Both the position numbers and the translations under genes were made by a program. A DNA stretch of 32,000 nt from Aliivibrio fischeri ES114 (GTDB lineage Bacteria; Pseudomonadota; Gammaproteobacteria; Enterobacterales; Vibrionaceae): assembly GCF_000011805.1 (NCBI RefSeq), contig NC_006840.2, one strand, 5' to 3'. Positions 1-9,963 of this stretch are shown here, piece by piece. Below the pieces are notes generated by a model. That model did not search any database, was not told where the DNA came from, and saw nothing but the letters and a program-made list of their open reading frames with translations. Position 1 is the stretch's first letter; each line of letters begins with the position of its first letter.

Positions 1-238
1 GTAATAGTTCTTCTGATTTTGTTTCGTCAAGGCAACTTATACAGTTTTTATCAATCGTTACTAACTTTCCATGAATCTGAACAACTACTTTTGCATCATA
101 ACCAGTAAATAAAATGTCATCCGCATTCATAGATTGACCAACATTTACTTTTGTTGGCACACCTGACTTATTGAGTGTGTAGGCATCACCTTCTATATTT
201 TTGATTTCTACTTTTGAAGGTATCAATGTCTCTTTCAT
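1..238 (-). CDS. Partial CDS (N-terminus, runs off left edge): LapA-like adhesin retention-module protein
   Basis: Manual minus-strand translation from ATG at 238: MKETLIPSKVEIKNIEGDAYTLNKSGVPTKVNVGQSMNADDILFTGYDAKVVVQIHGKLVTIDKNCISCLDETKSEELL..., open to the edge, with AGGTGG upstream of the ATG. The pattern resembles N-terminal retention modules of type I secreted giant adhesins. Confidence 0.6.
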   Translation of the reverse strand, partial: MKETLIPSKVEIKNIEGDAYTLNKSGVPTKVNVGQSMNADDILFTGYDAKVVVQIHGKLVTIDKNCISCLDETKSEELL

Positions 239-459
239 GTAACCACCTAAAATCCATTTAACAGCATCAACAAATTAATTTTCACTTAGTCTTTTTAATC
301 ATAGGACAAAAATGATTATCCCCCCAAAAACCAATGGTTAATTTGTTGTTATAAAAATATTAACTGATAGTTTTATAACATAAAATCATATAAATTTAAG
401 TACCAATATTCTCATATTCCTTTATTATTCGTTCTGTTTATCCTAAAAGAGACATTGTC

Positions 460-810
460 ATGAGCAAATTAACGTCAGATACTCAAGCAAACTTAGAACT
501 TTTCATTTCAGAGACAAAAGAAACACAACTAGTGTGGAGTCTTTATAATGAAGACGGTTGGATTTCAGTAGAATCAACAGAATTTGAAAACTCTGAAGTA
601 ATGCCATTCTGGTCTAATAAAGAAGATGCTGCTTTTCACAACGTTGAAGAATGGGCTGACTTTGAAGTAACAGAAATCCCACTAGATATTTTTGTTGAAG
701 ATTGGTTAATCACTCTTTCTGAAGATGGTGTTTTAGTTGGTACTAACTGGAATCAACAACTAGAAGGTAAAGAAGTAGAAGCAAGCGATTTAGCTAAGCT
801 TTACTTATAA
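460..810 (+). CDS. DUF2750 domain-containing protein
   Basis: 116-aa ORF; W-x-LYNEDGW and PFW..KEDAAF pattern typical of DUF2750; followed by an intrinsic terminator. Confidence 0.75.
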   Translation: MSKLTSDTQANLELFISETKETQLVWSLYNEDGWISVESTEFENSEVMPFWSNKEDAAFHNVEEWADFEVTEIPLDIFVEDWLITLSEDGVLVGTNWNQQLEGKEVEASDLAKLYL

Positions 811-838
811 GGTTTATTTTATCTTTAATGATAAAAAT

Positions 839-870
839 AAAGGTGGTCAATTATGACCACCTTTTTGTTT
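839..870. terminator. Rho-independent (bidirectional) terminator
   Basis: aaaggtggtca-atta-tgaccaccttttt inverted repeat with T tract between convergent genes. Confidence 0.8.
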
Positions 871-885
871 TTAATGTCTATTAAG

Positions 886-2364
886 TTACTGAGTCAATTG
901 TGTTCTATTATTCTTTCTCTTCATTATCCAACCGACACCAACAGAAAGAACTAATATTACAATCAAAAATGGCATTAATTGCTCTAATTGTCCTCCCTTA
1001 GAAAAAGTTAAAATTAGCATTAATAACCAACCACTTACCATTGGTATCAAAGTTCGACGAACTATATCAAATGGAGACAAACCTGAAATACCGGCAACAG
1101 CAATGATAACACCTGCAATCGGAGATATTGTTCTACCAAAACCTGCAGATAATTGAATTGGTAAGATCATATCTACAGTATTCGCACCTATTTTATGAGC
1201 AATTTGGGGCACCATTGGAGCAAAAGAGAAAAAGGCCGCATTCCCTGATCCCATTAATGCAGAAATAATGAAAGTTAATAGAGCCATAAACAAAATAATA
1301 ACAGCAGCAGAAAGCCCAACGCTACTTGCCATATGTAACATTGAATCAATAGCTCCTATTGACTTTAATCCCATAGAAAAAGTCTGGCCTGCTATAATTA
1401 AAGTTACAACAGAAGCAAAAACTTTTCCCATATCATCAAATACTCCTTGTAGTTTTTCAAATACAGGTTTTACTTCTCTTTCTCGAATAAATTCAAATAC
1501 AAGGCTAATAAAAATACTCAAAATGATAGCAGTTGCCATACCCACATTAATTGTCTTCACGCCAAGGCTACTAAATGTAAGCATAAAAAATAATGGTAAC
1601 ATTGGAAGTATTACATAATAGAAGGGAGCACTTTGTTCCGATTCAATATCTTCATAATTTATTGGCTCTAATGTCTGATTTTTTTCGTCATTACGGTCAA
1701 AAAAACGTTGTGTAATTGCATGCATAATTGCCACAACTATAATCAATACGCTAATAATTGGTAATTGTTCCCCAACAAAGTATTCCGTAATCTCTAGACC
1801 AGCGGTTTGAGCAGCTAAAATTGAGTTTCCTGAACCAGGACCAAACTCAATAGCGCAAGTACTCGCTAATACAGAAGCAACACCCGCTTTACTACAGCCC
1901 AGTCTAATCAATACAGGATAAAGTGTTGCCATCAACAATAAACCAAGTCCCGTTGCGCTTGAGATAAAGAGTGATAACATCTGACCAAGAATAAAGGCAA
2001 GTGCTAGCATCAAGTAAGGTGAATTTAGCTTCATTAATGGCTTAGCTGTTAACTTTACCATTACTTGGCTTGCTCCTATAGCTGACATTAATAAGGCAAA
2101 CCCTCCTATAAGCATTATTTTTAAACCTAAACCACCGGATTGTTTGCCAAAAACCATGCTTATATATTCAAAAACATCAAACCCTATCCAACCCGTCGAT
2201 TTATCGACAAAAGTAGCATTGTTAGTAAAGATTGATATGGTCATCATAACGATACCAACAAAGAAGAGTACGCCTTGGGGGTTATAGTTTTTTAAAATTA
2301 ATCTTCCCGCAAGAATCAACCCACATAATGCAATAAATAAACTCATATCTAATCCCTTATTCAA
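886..2364 (-). CDS. dcuC: DcuC-family C4-dicarboxylate transporter
   Basis: 492-aa polytopic protein; GRLILKNYNPQGVLFFVG, NSPYLMLALAFILGQMLSLFISSATGLGLLLMATLYPV, GSGNAAFFSFAPMVPQIA match the DcuC family as recalled. Overlaps iadA by 8 bp. Confidence 0.8.
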   Translation of the reverse strand: MNKGLDMSLFIALCGLILAGRLILKNYNPQGVLFFVGIVMMTISIFTNNATFVDKSTGWIGFDVFEYISMVFGKQSGGLGLKIMLIGGFALLMSAIGASQVMVKLTAKPLMKLNSPYLMLALAFILGQMLSLFISSATGLGLLLMATLYPVLIRLGCSKAGVASVLASTCAIEFGPGSGNSILAAQTAGLEITEYFVGEQLPIISVLIIVVAIMHAITQRFFDRNDEKNQTLEPINYEDIESEQSAPFYYVILPMLPLFFMLTFSSLGVKTINVGMATAIILSIFISLVFEFIREREVKPVFEKLQGVFDDMGKVFASVVTLIIAGQTFSMGLKSIGAIDSMLHMASSVGLSAAVIILFMALLTFIISALMGSGNAAFFSFAPMVPQIAHKIGANTVDMILPIQLSAGFGRTISPIAGVIIAVAGISGLSPFDIVRRTLIPMVSGWLLMLILTFSKGGQLEQLMPFLIVILVLSVGVGWIMKRKNNRTQLTQ

Positions 2365-3496
2365 AGTTTCCAGTTACAAGTAATTCATTATCAAGCAGTA
2401 CTGTTTTACCTTTTGCTACTACCCCATAAAGTGTAAAGTCATCGTTAAATATGCATAAATCAGCTTCTTGACCAAGCTGTAATCGACCTTTATTAATGCC
2501 CAGAGAATCTGCAACATTTGATGTTAACATTGCAATAGCTATTTCGGGGCTAATACCTGATTCAATCAATTTAGGTAATAACAATAAGTTTCCATCAACA
2601 TTTGCAGCAGTTAACGCAACCATATTTCCATCAATATCAAACTTTGGCAGACTACCATTCCCATCTGAACTTACTGTTATATGTTTCGGATCTATACCAG
2701 ATTCTATCGCTTGTTTAATCGCAAGCTCAGGGGCAATAAATTGACTACCTCCAGATGTGATATCAATATAACCACCTCGGCGAGCAAATTGCATAGCTTC
2801 ACTAAATAAAGATTCAGTTCGAGCAACATGGGTTGGTGAAAAATGGCTAATGGGTATCCCCATATTTAATAACTCAAAAACAGAAGCAAAAGGATCAGAT
2901 AGAGCCCCCATATGCATGTGCAACACCCCTCGTTTTTTAGCTAATAAGCTAGCAATACGTATATCGGAAACAATACGACTCAATTCTTGTAACGTTGGAA
3001 ATGAGCACCTATGATCTGCTAGTGCTATCTTTACACCGAGAACTGAAGGTAAAAAAGAGATATCATCCCGAATGGATGTAGTTATCGTTTTTGTTGGCAC
3101 CTCATACGACCCAGTATGCATATAAGCTGTAATCCCTTCTTCTGTAAGTGCTGCAGCTTTTGCATATAAATCGCGTGGTGAACGAGAAATGCCATCTGTT
3201 CCCAATACCCCAACGACACTTGTTGTTCCTGCTTGAATTAACTTAGAAAATGTAACTTGTGGTGTTCGACTAGAAAAACCTCCCTCACCACCTCCTCCAA
3301 TCAGATGTACATGTTGATCTATTAAGCCTGGAGTGACTGTTTTCCCTTTACAATCAATAATCGAAATATCACCAATGCCTTGAACATTCAAATCAGATTC
3401 AATAGAAATTACCTTTCCACAACCAATCAACACATTAACTTTTCCTAAGTGCTGAGGAGCGTATACATTTGCATTCTTTAATAAAATAAACATCAT
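2357..3496 (-). CDS. iadA: Isoaspartyl (beta-aspartyl) dipeptidase
   Basis: 379 aa; amidohydrolase metal motif DQHVHLIGGGGEGG, TSVVGVLGTDGISR, SSDGNGSLPKFD; close to E. coli IadA. Confidence 0.92.
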   Translation of the reverse strand: MMFILLKNANVYAPQHLGKVNVLIGCGKVISIESDLNVQGIGDISIIDCKGKTVTPGLIDQHVHLIGGGGEGGFSSRTPQVTFSKLIQAGTTSVVGVLGTDGISRSPRDLYAKAAALTEEGITAYMHTGSYEVPTKTITTSIRDDISFLPSVLGVKIALADHRCSFPTLQELSRIVSDIRIASLLAKKRGVLHMHMGALSDPFASVFELLNMGIPISHFSPTHVARTESLFSEAMQFARRGGYIDITSGGSQFIAPELAIKQAIESGIDPKHITVSSDGNGSLPKFDIDGNMVALTAANVDGNLLLLPKLIESGISPEIAIAMLTSNVADSLGINKGRLQLGQEADLCIFNDDFTLYGVVAKGKTVLLDNELLVTGNFE

Positions 3497-3686
3497 TCCC
3501 TCTACTTCATATATTATTTATACATTCCACCTCTCTTATATCCTGATATTTATCTCGATGAATATTTGAGAACTAGAACTATCAAAACAATAATAACCAT
3601 ATAAAAAATGTGAGTATCTCGATTTCTATTGCTAATTTTGAATGATAGTATTCTTATAAATCATAATGATAAAGATGAGTTGTTAA

Positions 3687-4586
3687 GTGTTTGAATTTAA
3701 ATGGTTAGAAGACTTTATGAGTCTAATTGAACTAGGGAATTTCTCTGCTGCTGCTAAATCAAGATACGTAACACAATCTGCATTTAGCCGTCGAATTCAA
3801 GCCTTGGAGCTTTGGGTTGGTGTTCCATTGTTTGATCGTAGTTCTTACCCTATAGGCTTAACCGAGCACGGAAATAAATTTGTCCCTTATGCTGAAAACC
3901 TACTTAACCAAATCAAAGTAACAAAAGAGGATTTTTCATTAGCTTCATTAAAAACAGACAATACGGTACGAATTGTTTGTTTACATTCCTTTGCGATTAA
4001 TCTATTACCAAATCTTTTGGCGCAATTTAATAACCAACTAAGTCATCTCAACATATCTATTAATCCTTCTGTTCAAGGTATCGATAATCACTTTCAAACT
4101 CTATTAGATGATTCAAGTGACCTTTTATTTACTTATAATATGATCGGAATGAGACCATCTATTTCCTTAGAAAATAAATTAGAAAAACATATTTTATTTA
4201 AGGAAAAAATTATTCCTGTTATCTCTCCGGATTTATTAAAAAATCATGAAGATAATACTCCATGGCCATTACTCTCTTATTCAGAACATACATTTCTCTA
4301 CAAAGTAGTAAATCAACTTACAAAATCTATTTCAGTACCTTTCAGTCAAGTCTTTGAAACAACGTTAAGCGAATCTCTCATTGAAATGGCGATTAATGGT
4401 ATCGGGGTTGCTTGGGTTCCAATGCATGCGGTTGAAAAAGAATTAATTAAGGGGACATTAGTGACAGCCTTTACAGAATACTCTGATTGGACTATTCAGT
4501 TAGATGTTGTTTGCTATCATTCGAAAGCTAATAGTCGTCCTGCTGTACTGCAATTTTTAGAAGAAATACATAGCTTGAAAAATTAA
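3687..4586 (+). CDS. LysR-family transcriptional regulator, divergent from iadA-dcuC
   Basis: 299 aa; N-terminal LysR HTH (LGNFSAAAKSRYVTQSAFSRRIQALELWVGVPLFDRS...LTEHG); resembles E. coli YjiE/HypT, which is also encoded near iadA. GTG start. Confidence 0.88.
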   Translation: MFEFKWLEDFMSLIELGNFSAAAKSRYVTQSAFSRRIQALELWVGVPLFDRSSYPIGLTEHGNKFVPYAENLLNQIKVTKEDFSLASLKTDNTVRIVCLHSFAINLLPNLLAQFNNQLSHLNISINPSVQGIDNHFQTLLDDSSDLLFTYNMIGMRPSISLENKLEKHILFKEKIIPVISPDLLKNHEDNTPWPLLSYSEHTFLYKVVNQLTKSISVPFSQVFETTLSESLIEMAINGIGVAWVPMHAVEKELIKGTLVTAFTEYSDWTIQLDVVCYHSKANSRPAVLQFLEEIHSLKN

Positions 4587-4616
4587 AGGTGGCCAATCTA
4601 AGCCACCTTTTTTGTT
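4585..4616. terminator. Bidirectional intrinsic terminator between convergent genes
   Basis: aaaggtggc-caatctaa-gccaccttttttg. Confidence 0.8.
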
Positions 4617-4617
4617 T

Positions 4618-6522
4618 TTAATTCAGCGCCTTTGCAATTACCATATCACGATGAATTCGTGCTTTTTCAACCTCAGTTGTTGCCTTATCTAAAGATTGTT
4701 CAAGTTTACTTAAATAAGTCGTTAATTCAGCTTCCGTTGAAAATATCTTATCTTTTACATTAATAGATTCAACATTGGTATATCGGCCATCTTTGCTTTT
4801 TGGTACGTCTATTTTGCCACTGTTAATTAACGCCTTTACTATTTCTCGTTCTTTCTCATAACCTTCAAGACCAATCAATGTCCAGCGACTCATTGGCTTA
4901 CCTTCGTATTTACCTTTTTTTACCTCATCTAGGTAGTGAATAGTTAAGTTCCGAATTGTTCCATCTTCTTCTCCAAACTCTTCTTCGGTATCAAACAATA
5001 CTGGGAAATGTCTACCTTCAAGCACACCACCATCTTTGGTTAAATGCCCCATTCGATAGCTGTTCATTCCGATACGAATTGGCGTTTTATTCGTAATATC
5101 TCTACCATCGGCAAATTTAAGATCGGTAATACGTTCACCAGTCGGCTTTGTTAGATCTATTACATAAGTCACACCAGCAAAGAAATCATTGGTTGAATAT
5201 TTTGATGAGCGACGATCAAGGTTAAAACTGTATGTCACATCCCCTTCTTTTACGCTATTGAAATAACCTGCTGACCACTCCATATATGTTTTCAGCTCTT
5301 TACCTGTCATTTCATAAACAGTAATTTCACCACCTGCATACTGATAATTATATGCAATATCTTTGGCTTTGATTTTACCTACATTAAGCTCTGCCATATC
5401 GTTATCAATTTGCAAAGCAATCACGTTTGCTAAGGGAGCATAATGCATACTGGCTTCTTGGAACAAAGCACTGATCCCTGTATCCTGAATATGAACTTGT
5501 GGGATACCTTTAATTTCATTTTCAGGTACTAAATCAACACCGAGTAATTCTGCGACGACACGGTTTGCATTTTCACGCAGACGTTTATGATATGGAGCAT
5601 ACAGTTGTTCCATTTTCTCGTCTGATTCAACCCCTTTTATCTTGTACGTAAAACTGTCTTTATTAACTAGAGTGAACTGTCCATTCTTCTCTTCAAATTG
5701 TAAATCGATACGAGAAAGCGCACGGCCATACTTATCTGGTTCCGTTATAATCACACCATTTACTGTCGCTTTATCAATACGGGTATGCATGTGACCGGCA
5801 ACAATAGCATCAATTTCAGGGTTATCATTAGCGATATCCGTAACCCCTGTGGCTTCAATGTTATTCTCATTATCAAGCCCCATATGAACAACTAGCACAA
5901 TCGCATCTACTTTATCATCTATTTCTTTAATGACTTTTTTCACTTCAAGGGACGGATTGGTAAAAGTCATACCTTCAAGACGATTCGTACCTTCAGCAAA
6001 TACTTGTGTCATTGGTGTATCCATACCAATCACACCAATTTTAATTCCATTTTTCTCAATAATTTTATAAGCAGGTAAGAATGGATTGCCATCTTTTCGC
6101 TTTATATTCCCACCTAATGATGCCCCTTTAAACTGAGTCAATGAACGATTAAGTACATTCAAGCCAAAATCAAATTCATGATTACCTAACACCCAAATAT
6201 CATATTTCATTTCGTTGAAACCAAGCATCATAGGATCTGTAGGCTCATCCTTAAAAGTTTCAACAAAATTGCCTTGAATCGTATCACCGGCATCTACCAA
6301 TATTACATTTTCTTGTTCATCACGAATCGTTTTCACTTTAGTAGCAATTTGACTCAAACTGCCTTTCGTATTGAGCTTGTCGCTCGCATAATCCCAGGGC
6401 ATAAAATGACCATGAATATCAGATGTACCAAGGATCGTAACATCAACAATATCGCCATCTGCCGCTGCTGCATAACCACTTAATGAAAGTAAAATGGCTG
6501 AAGTTAATATATGTTTTTTCAT
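4618..6522 (-). CDS. Periplasmic bifunctional metallophosphatase / 5'-nucleotidase
   Basis: 634 aa; signal peptide MKKHILTSAILLSLSGYAAAA; calcineurin-like motifs GTSDIHGHF, DAGDTIQGN, LGNHEFDFG, GHMHTR; C-terminal 5'-nucleotidase domain. Confidence 0.9.
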   Translation of the reverse strand: MKKHILTSAILLSLSGYAAAADGDIVDVTILGTSDIHGHFMPWDYASDKLNTKGSLSQIATKVKTIRDEQENVILVDAGDTIQGNFVETFKDEPTDPMMLGFNEMKYDIWVLGNHEFDFGLNVLNRSLTQFKGASLGGNIKRKDGNPFLPAYKIIEKNGIKIGVIGMDTPMTQVFAEGTNRLEGMTFTNPSLEVKKVIKEIDDKVDAIVLVVHMGLDNENNIEATGVTDIANDNPEIDAIVAGHMHTRIDKATVNGVIITEPDKYGRALSRIDLQFEEKNGQFTLVNKDSFTYKIKGVESDEKMEQLYAPYHKRLRENANRVVAELLGVDLVPENEIKGIPQVHIQDTGISALFQEASMHYAPLANVIALQIDNDMAELNVGKIKAKDIAYNYQYAGGEITVYEMTGKELKTYMEWSAGYFNSVKEGDVTYSFNLDRRSSKYSTNDFFAGVTYVIDLTKPTGERITDLKFADGRDITNKTPIRIGMNSYRMGHLTKDGGVLEGRHFPVLFDTEEEFGEEDGTIRNLTIHYLDEVKKGKYEGKPMSRWTLIGLEGYEKEREIVKALINSGKIDVPKSKDGRYTNVESINVKDKIFSTEAELTTYLSKLEQSLDKATTEVEKARIHRDMVIAKALN

Positions 6523-6654
6523 TATTATCTTTATTTTTTATGTAGGGAAACTCGATCATAAATCGTTATCTCCCCTCATAAAGAAATATCGATCACATTT
6601 GAAATGTAACAAGAAAAGGCAAATTACAAATTTATGATGCGTAACTCATTAACA

Positions 6655-6688
6655 ACAAAAAAGGCCATCAAACAAACTTGATAGCCTT
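6655..6688 (-). terminator. Intrinsic terminator for tpm
   Basis: Minus-strand AAGGCTATCAA-GTTTGT-TTGATGGCCTTTTTTGTTG (one G-U pair). Confidence 0.7.
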
Positions 6689-6715
6689 CTTACATAATCA
6701 CTTCATTTTTATTGA

Positions 6716-7357
6716 CTAACTTTCAATTAACCACACTTCTTCAGCAAAACGAGATAATCCTTTTTTAATTTTAGGGTGTTCTGCATCAGCTTCATCTCGT
6801 TGTAATCGTGTAATTTTCATTCCCGAGAACAACGCTTGCACCTCATTTTCAGGTACAGAGAACGGAGGTCCAGCCATTTCATTTTGGTCGTAATCTAGCG
6901 TTACTAATAATATACGCCCACCTTCTTTTAATCGACTACGTAACACTTGAACGTATTCTTCACGCATCTCTTTTGGTAGAGCAACTAATGCGGCGCGATC
7001 ATAAATTAAATCAGCGGCTTCAATAGGAGCAACAAAGTAATCACCTGAATAAATAGTGAACTCATCAAACTCATAAAGTTCTAGGGTGCTACTTAATTGT
7101 GTCACTGTCGGTGTATACAAACGTTCAGCAAAGAAAGCACGAACGGCTATCTGACTCAGCTCTACCCCTGTTACTGAATTATGACGTTCAGCTAACCAAT
7201 CAAGATCCATTGATTTACCACACAATGGAACAAAAACAGTTTCATTTCTTTTTGGCTCTAGAGCTGACCAATATTGAGTTAAAATTGGATTAGTATCAGG
7301 CAGGTGGAAACCAATGACATTACTTGCCCATTTTTTTTGCCAAAACTCATGTTCCAT
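6716..7357 (-). CDS. tpm: Thiopurine S-methyltransferase
   Basis: 213 aa; [48 protein letters not shown] characteristic of bacterial Tpm. Confidence 0.93.
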   Translation of the reverse strand: MEHEFWQKKWASNVIGFHLPDTNPILTQYWSALEPKRNETVFVPLCGKSMDLDWLAERHNSVTGVELSQIAVRAFFAERLYTPTVTQLSSTLELYEFDEFTIYSGDYFVAPIEAADLIYDRAALVALPKEMREEYVQVLRSRLKEGGRILLVTLDYDQNEMAGPPFSVPENEVQALFSGMKITRLQRDEADAEHPKIKKGLSRFAEEVWLIES

Positions 7358-7601
7358 TTACTTTCCTTTATTTAGCTTATTTTTATGCTGAAATGGTACC
7401 GCATCACATACTTTTGTTCTAGGTGTTAAACGATAACGACAATATCTATAACTTAATACAAACCAGTTATTCCATTTAGTTATATGGAATAACTTTTATC
7501 AATTACCCTCCTAACCAACGAATCGTTATTATCCTTACTAAATCAAAGCGCTTTGCGTCTTACCCCTTACAAATGGGCGCATTTATGAACAGGAATGCAG
7601 T

Positions 7602-8972
7602 ATGTCATTAGCCGTTATCATCAATTTAGCCGTATTTATCGGTCTTATCTTTTTTATTAATACACAGCAACGTAAAGAATACACATTATCAAGACTGGTT
7701 CTGATCGGACTTGTTGCTGGTAGCTTATATGGCTTAGGACTTCACCTAGTATACGGTGGAGGCAGCGACGTAATTAGCACAACACTTGATTGGGTCAATA
7801 TTGTAGGCAGTGGTTACGTTGGTCTACTTAAGATGGTAATAATGCCTCTAGTACTTGTATCTATGTTTGCTGCAGTGGTGAAACTTGATAAATCAGGCTC
7901 TTTAGGAAAAATCAGTGGTGTTACTATCAGCGTATTACTTGTTACGACCATGATTGCAGCTCTTATTGGTATCACTGTTACTCATACTTTCGGCTTAACA
8001 GCTGAGGGGCTAACTGAAGGTGCTCGTGAAACAGCCCGTGTTGCTGTACTTGAATCTCGTATTGGTAGCGTAAGTGATTTAAGTATTCCTCAAATGCTAG
8101 TTAGCTTTATCCCAACCAATCCATTTGCTGATTTAACAGGAACTCGCTCAACATCTATCATTGCAGTTGTTATTTTTGCCATTCTATCTGGTATTGCTGC
8201 TCGTAAAGTAAGCCAAGAAAAGGAAGAGTTAGCTGCTCCTATTAATACTTTTGTTGACGTTGCACAATCAATCGTGATGCGATTAGTTAAAATGATTATG
8301 GCTCTAACTCCTTACGGTATTTTAGCGCTATTAACTAAAGTGGTTGCCACATCGAATGCGGCCGACATTTTAAATCTACTTGGTTTCATCGTAGCTTCAT
8401 ATATCGCCATTTTATTAATGTTCGTTGTTCACGGTTTATTGGTATCACTGGTTGGTGTTAGCCCTATCGATTACTTTAAAAAGATTTGGCCTGTACTCAC
8501 ATTTGCATTCAGCTCTCGTAGCTCAGCAGCAACGATTCCACTAAATGTTGAAGCACAAATTACAAAATTACGAGTGCCACCAGCAATTGCCAATTTATCA
8601 GCAACCTTTGGTGCGACAATTGGACAAAATGGCTGTGCTGGTATCTACCCTGCAATGCTTGCTGTAATGGTTGCTCCAACAATGGGGATCCCAATTGATG
8701 GACACTTCATTTTATCTCTAGTTGCTATTATCACAGTAAGTTCATTTGGTATTGCTGGTGTTGGTGGCGGAGCAACATTCGCAGCGTTAATCGTATTACC
8801 TGCGATGGGCTTACCCGTAACTATCGCTGCACTGCTTATTTCTATCGAACCATTGATTGATATGGCTCGTACTGCACTAAATGTAAGCGGAGCAATGACA
8901 GCCGGTACGATTACAAGTCGCGTATTAGGACAGAAAAGTACTGATGAACAGGTAGAAAGCGCACAAGCTTAA
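7602..8972 (+). CDS. tcyP: L-cystine transporter TcyP (YdjN-like; dicarboxylate/amino acid:cation symporter family)
   Basis: 456 aa; [90 protein letters not shown]. Confidence 0.92.
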   Translation: MSLAVIINLAVFIGLIFFINTQQRKEYTLSRLVLIGLVAGSLYGLGLHLVYGGGSDVISTTLDWVNIVGSGYVGLLKMVIMPLVLVSMFAAVVKLDKSGSLGKISGVTISVLLVTTMIAALIGITVTHTFGLTAEGLTEGARETARVAVLESRIGSVSDLSIPQMLVSFIPTNPFADLTGTRSTSIIAVVIFAILSGIAARKVSQEKEELAAPINTFVDVAQSIVMRLVKMIMALTPYGILALLTKVVATSNAADILNLLGFIVASYIAILLMFVVHGLLVSLVGVSPIDYFKKIWPVLTFAFSSRSSAATIPLNVEAQITKLRVPPAIANLSATFGATIGQNGCAGIYPAMLAVMVAPTMGIPIDGHFILSLVAIITVSSFGIAGVGGGATFAALIVLPAMGLPVTIAALLISIEPLIDMARTALNVSGAMTAGTITSRVLGQKSTDEQVESAQA

Positions 8973-8989
8973 TAAAATATCTTGAAACT

Positions 8990-9019
8990 AAAAAGGAAGC
9001 CAGATTGGCTTCCTTTTTT
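8990..9019 (+). terminator. Intrinsic terminator after tcyP
   Basis: aaaaaggaagcca-gat-tggcttcctttttt. Confidence 0.85.
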
Positions 9020-9197
9020 ATTTGAGATTTTAATAACCAACTTTTTTATATTCACTCTTAAGATAACACTAATTACATTAGGAAAACTAATCTGAAAATA
9101 CAATTTTACTAGCTAGAAATTATTAAATTAATATCTATAATGCGCGCCATACAAAGACGAAATATCTCGTTTATTTATCAGATTAAAAGGTGGCGCT

Positions 9198-9278
9198 ATG
9201 GCTAAAAATATCATGACTAAAATCGCAAATGCTTATCAGCGTTCATTCACTGAACTATACAAACGCGATAACAAGTAA
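9198..9278 (+). CDS. Putative 26-aa small protein, not in the ORF track
   Basis: ATG...TAA encodes MAKNIMTKIANAYQRSFTELYKRDNK; AAAGGTGG Shine-Dalgarno upstream, TATAAT at 9136-9141, intrinsic terminator right after. Confidence 0.5.
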   Translation: MAKNIMTKIANAYQRSFTELYKRDNK

Positions 9279-9302
9279 TACGAGTTTAGTATCAACAGAT
9301 AC

Positions 9303-9330
9303 AAAAAAGGAGCCCATTGGCTCCTTTTTT
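9303..9330. terminator. Bidirectional intrinsic terminator
   Basis: aaaaaaggagcc-catt-ggctcctttttt. Confidence 0.85.
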
Positions 9331-9342
9331 ATTTTTAAGTTT

Positions 9343-9873
9343 TTACAATATTTTCAATGCTAACTGGGCTAGGTTATACGCATCAACATATCCTGAATGC
9401 TGACGGCCTTCCCATTCGATATTCAATTCTTCCATTGCCCTACGTTGCCCCATTCGTTCATTTTTCTTACGAGAACGAATTCGATAGATAGTGGCAAGAT
9501 TCAAAAACTCATTAAACGGAACTTCAATTCCTTTTGCTTTACATTCCGCTTCAAGGATTTGCTCATCATGTCCCCACGCAGCATAAATTTTATTCGTTCC
9601 GCCAAAGTTTTTAACCATTGATTTCAATACATCAGCTAATGGGCGACCTTGCTTTTCAATTTTACGTGGAGATATACCAGTGAGATCGACACAAAATAGA
9701 GAGATTTCATCTTTCTCTGGTTTTACATAATATTGCGCACGCTTAACAACTTCACCTTTTGTAAGATCAATCTCAGCCAAACCAACCTCAATGATCTCCC
9801 CTGTTCTACCTTTGCCATTTTCATTCCAACAGCACATTTCTAAATCAAAACAGACGATACGATTAAAGTTCAT
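9343..9873 (-). CDS. DEDDh-type 3'-5' exonuclease (RNase T / DnaQ-like)
   Basis: 176 aa; ExoI FDLEMC, later conserved WGHDEQ, C-terminal HSGYVDAYN (H-x4-D). Confidence 0.85.
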   Translation of the reverse strand: MNFNRIVCFDLEMCCWNENGKGRTGEIIEVGLAEIDLTKGEVVKRAQYYVKPEKDEISLFCVDLTGISPRKIEKQGRPLADVLKSMVKNFGGTNKIYAAWGHDEQILEAECKAKGIEVPFNEFLNLATIYRIRSRKKNERMGQRRAMEELNIEWEGRQHSGYVDAYNLAQLALKIL

Positions 9874-9963
9874 GAAGATCCTTGGTACACAATAAAAGGC
9901 GAAGCGCTATTCTACCTAAACTCAGCGCTAAGCGCGACACTATGAGATTTGATTGCTGAAAAT

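Noticed and set aside
1268-1618. 116-aa plus-strand ORF (and 2496-2744)
   Set aside because: Antisense to clear dcuC and iadA coding frames; composition not protein-like.
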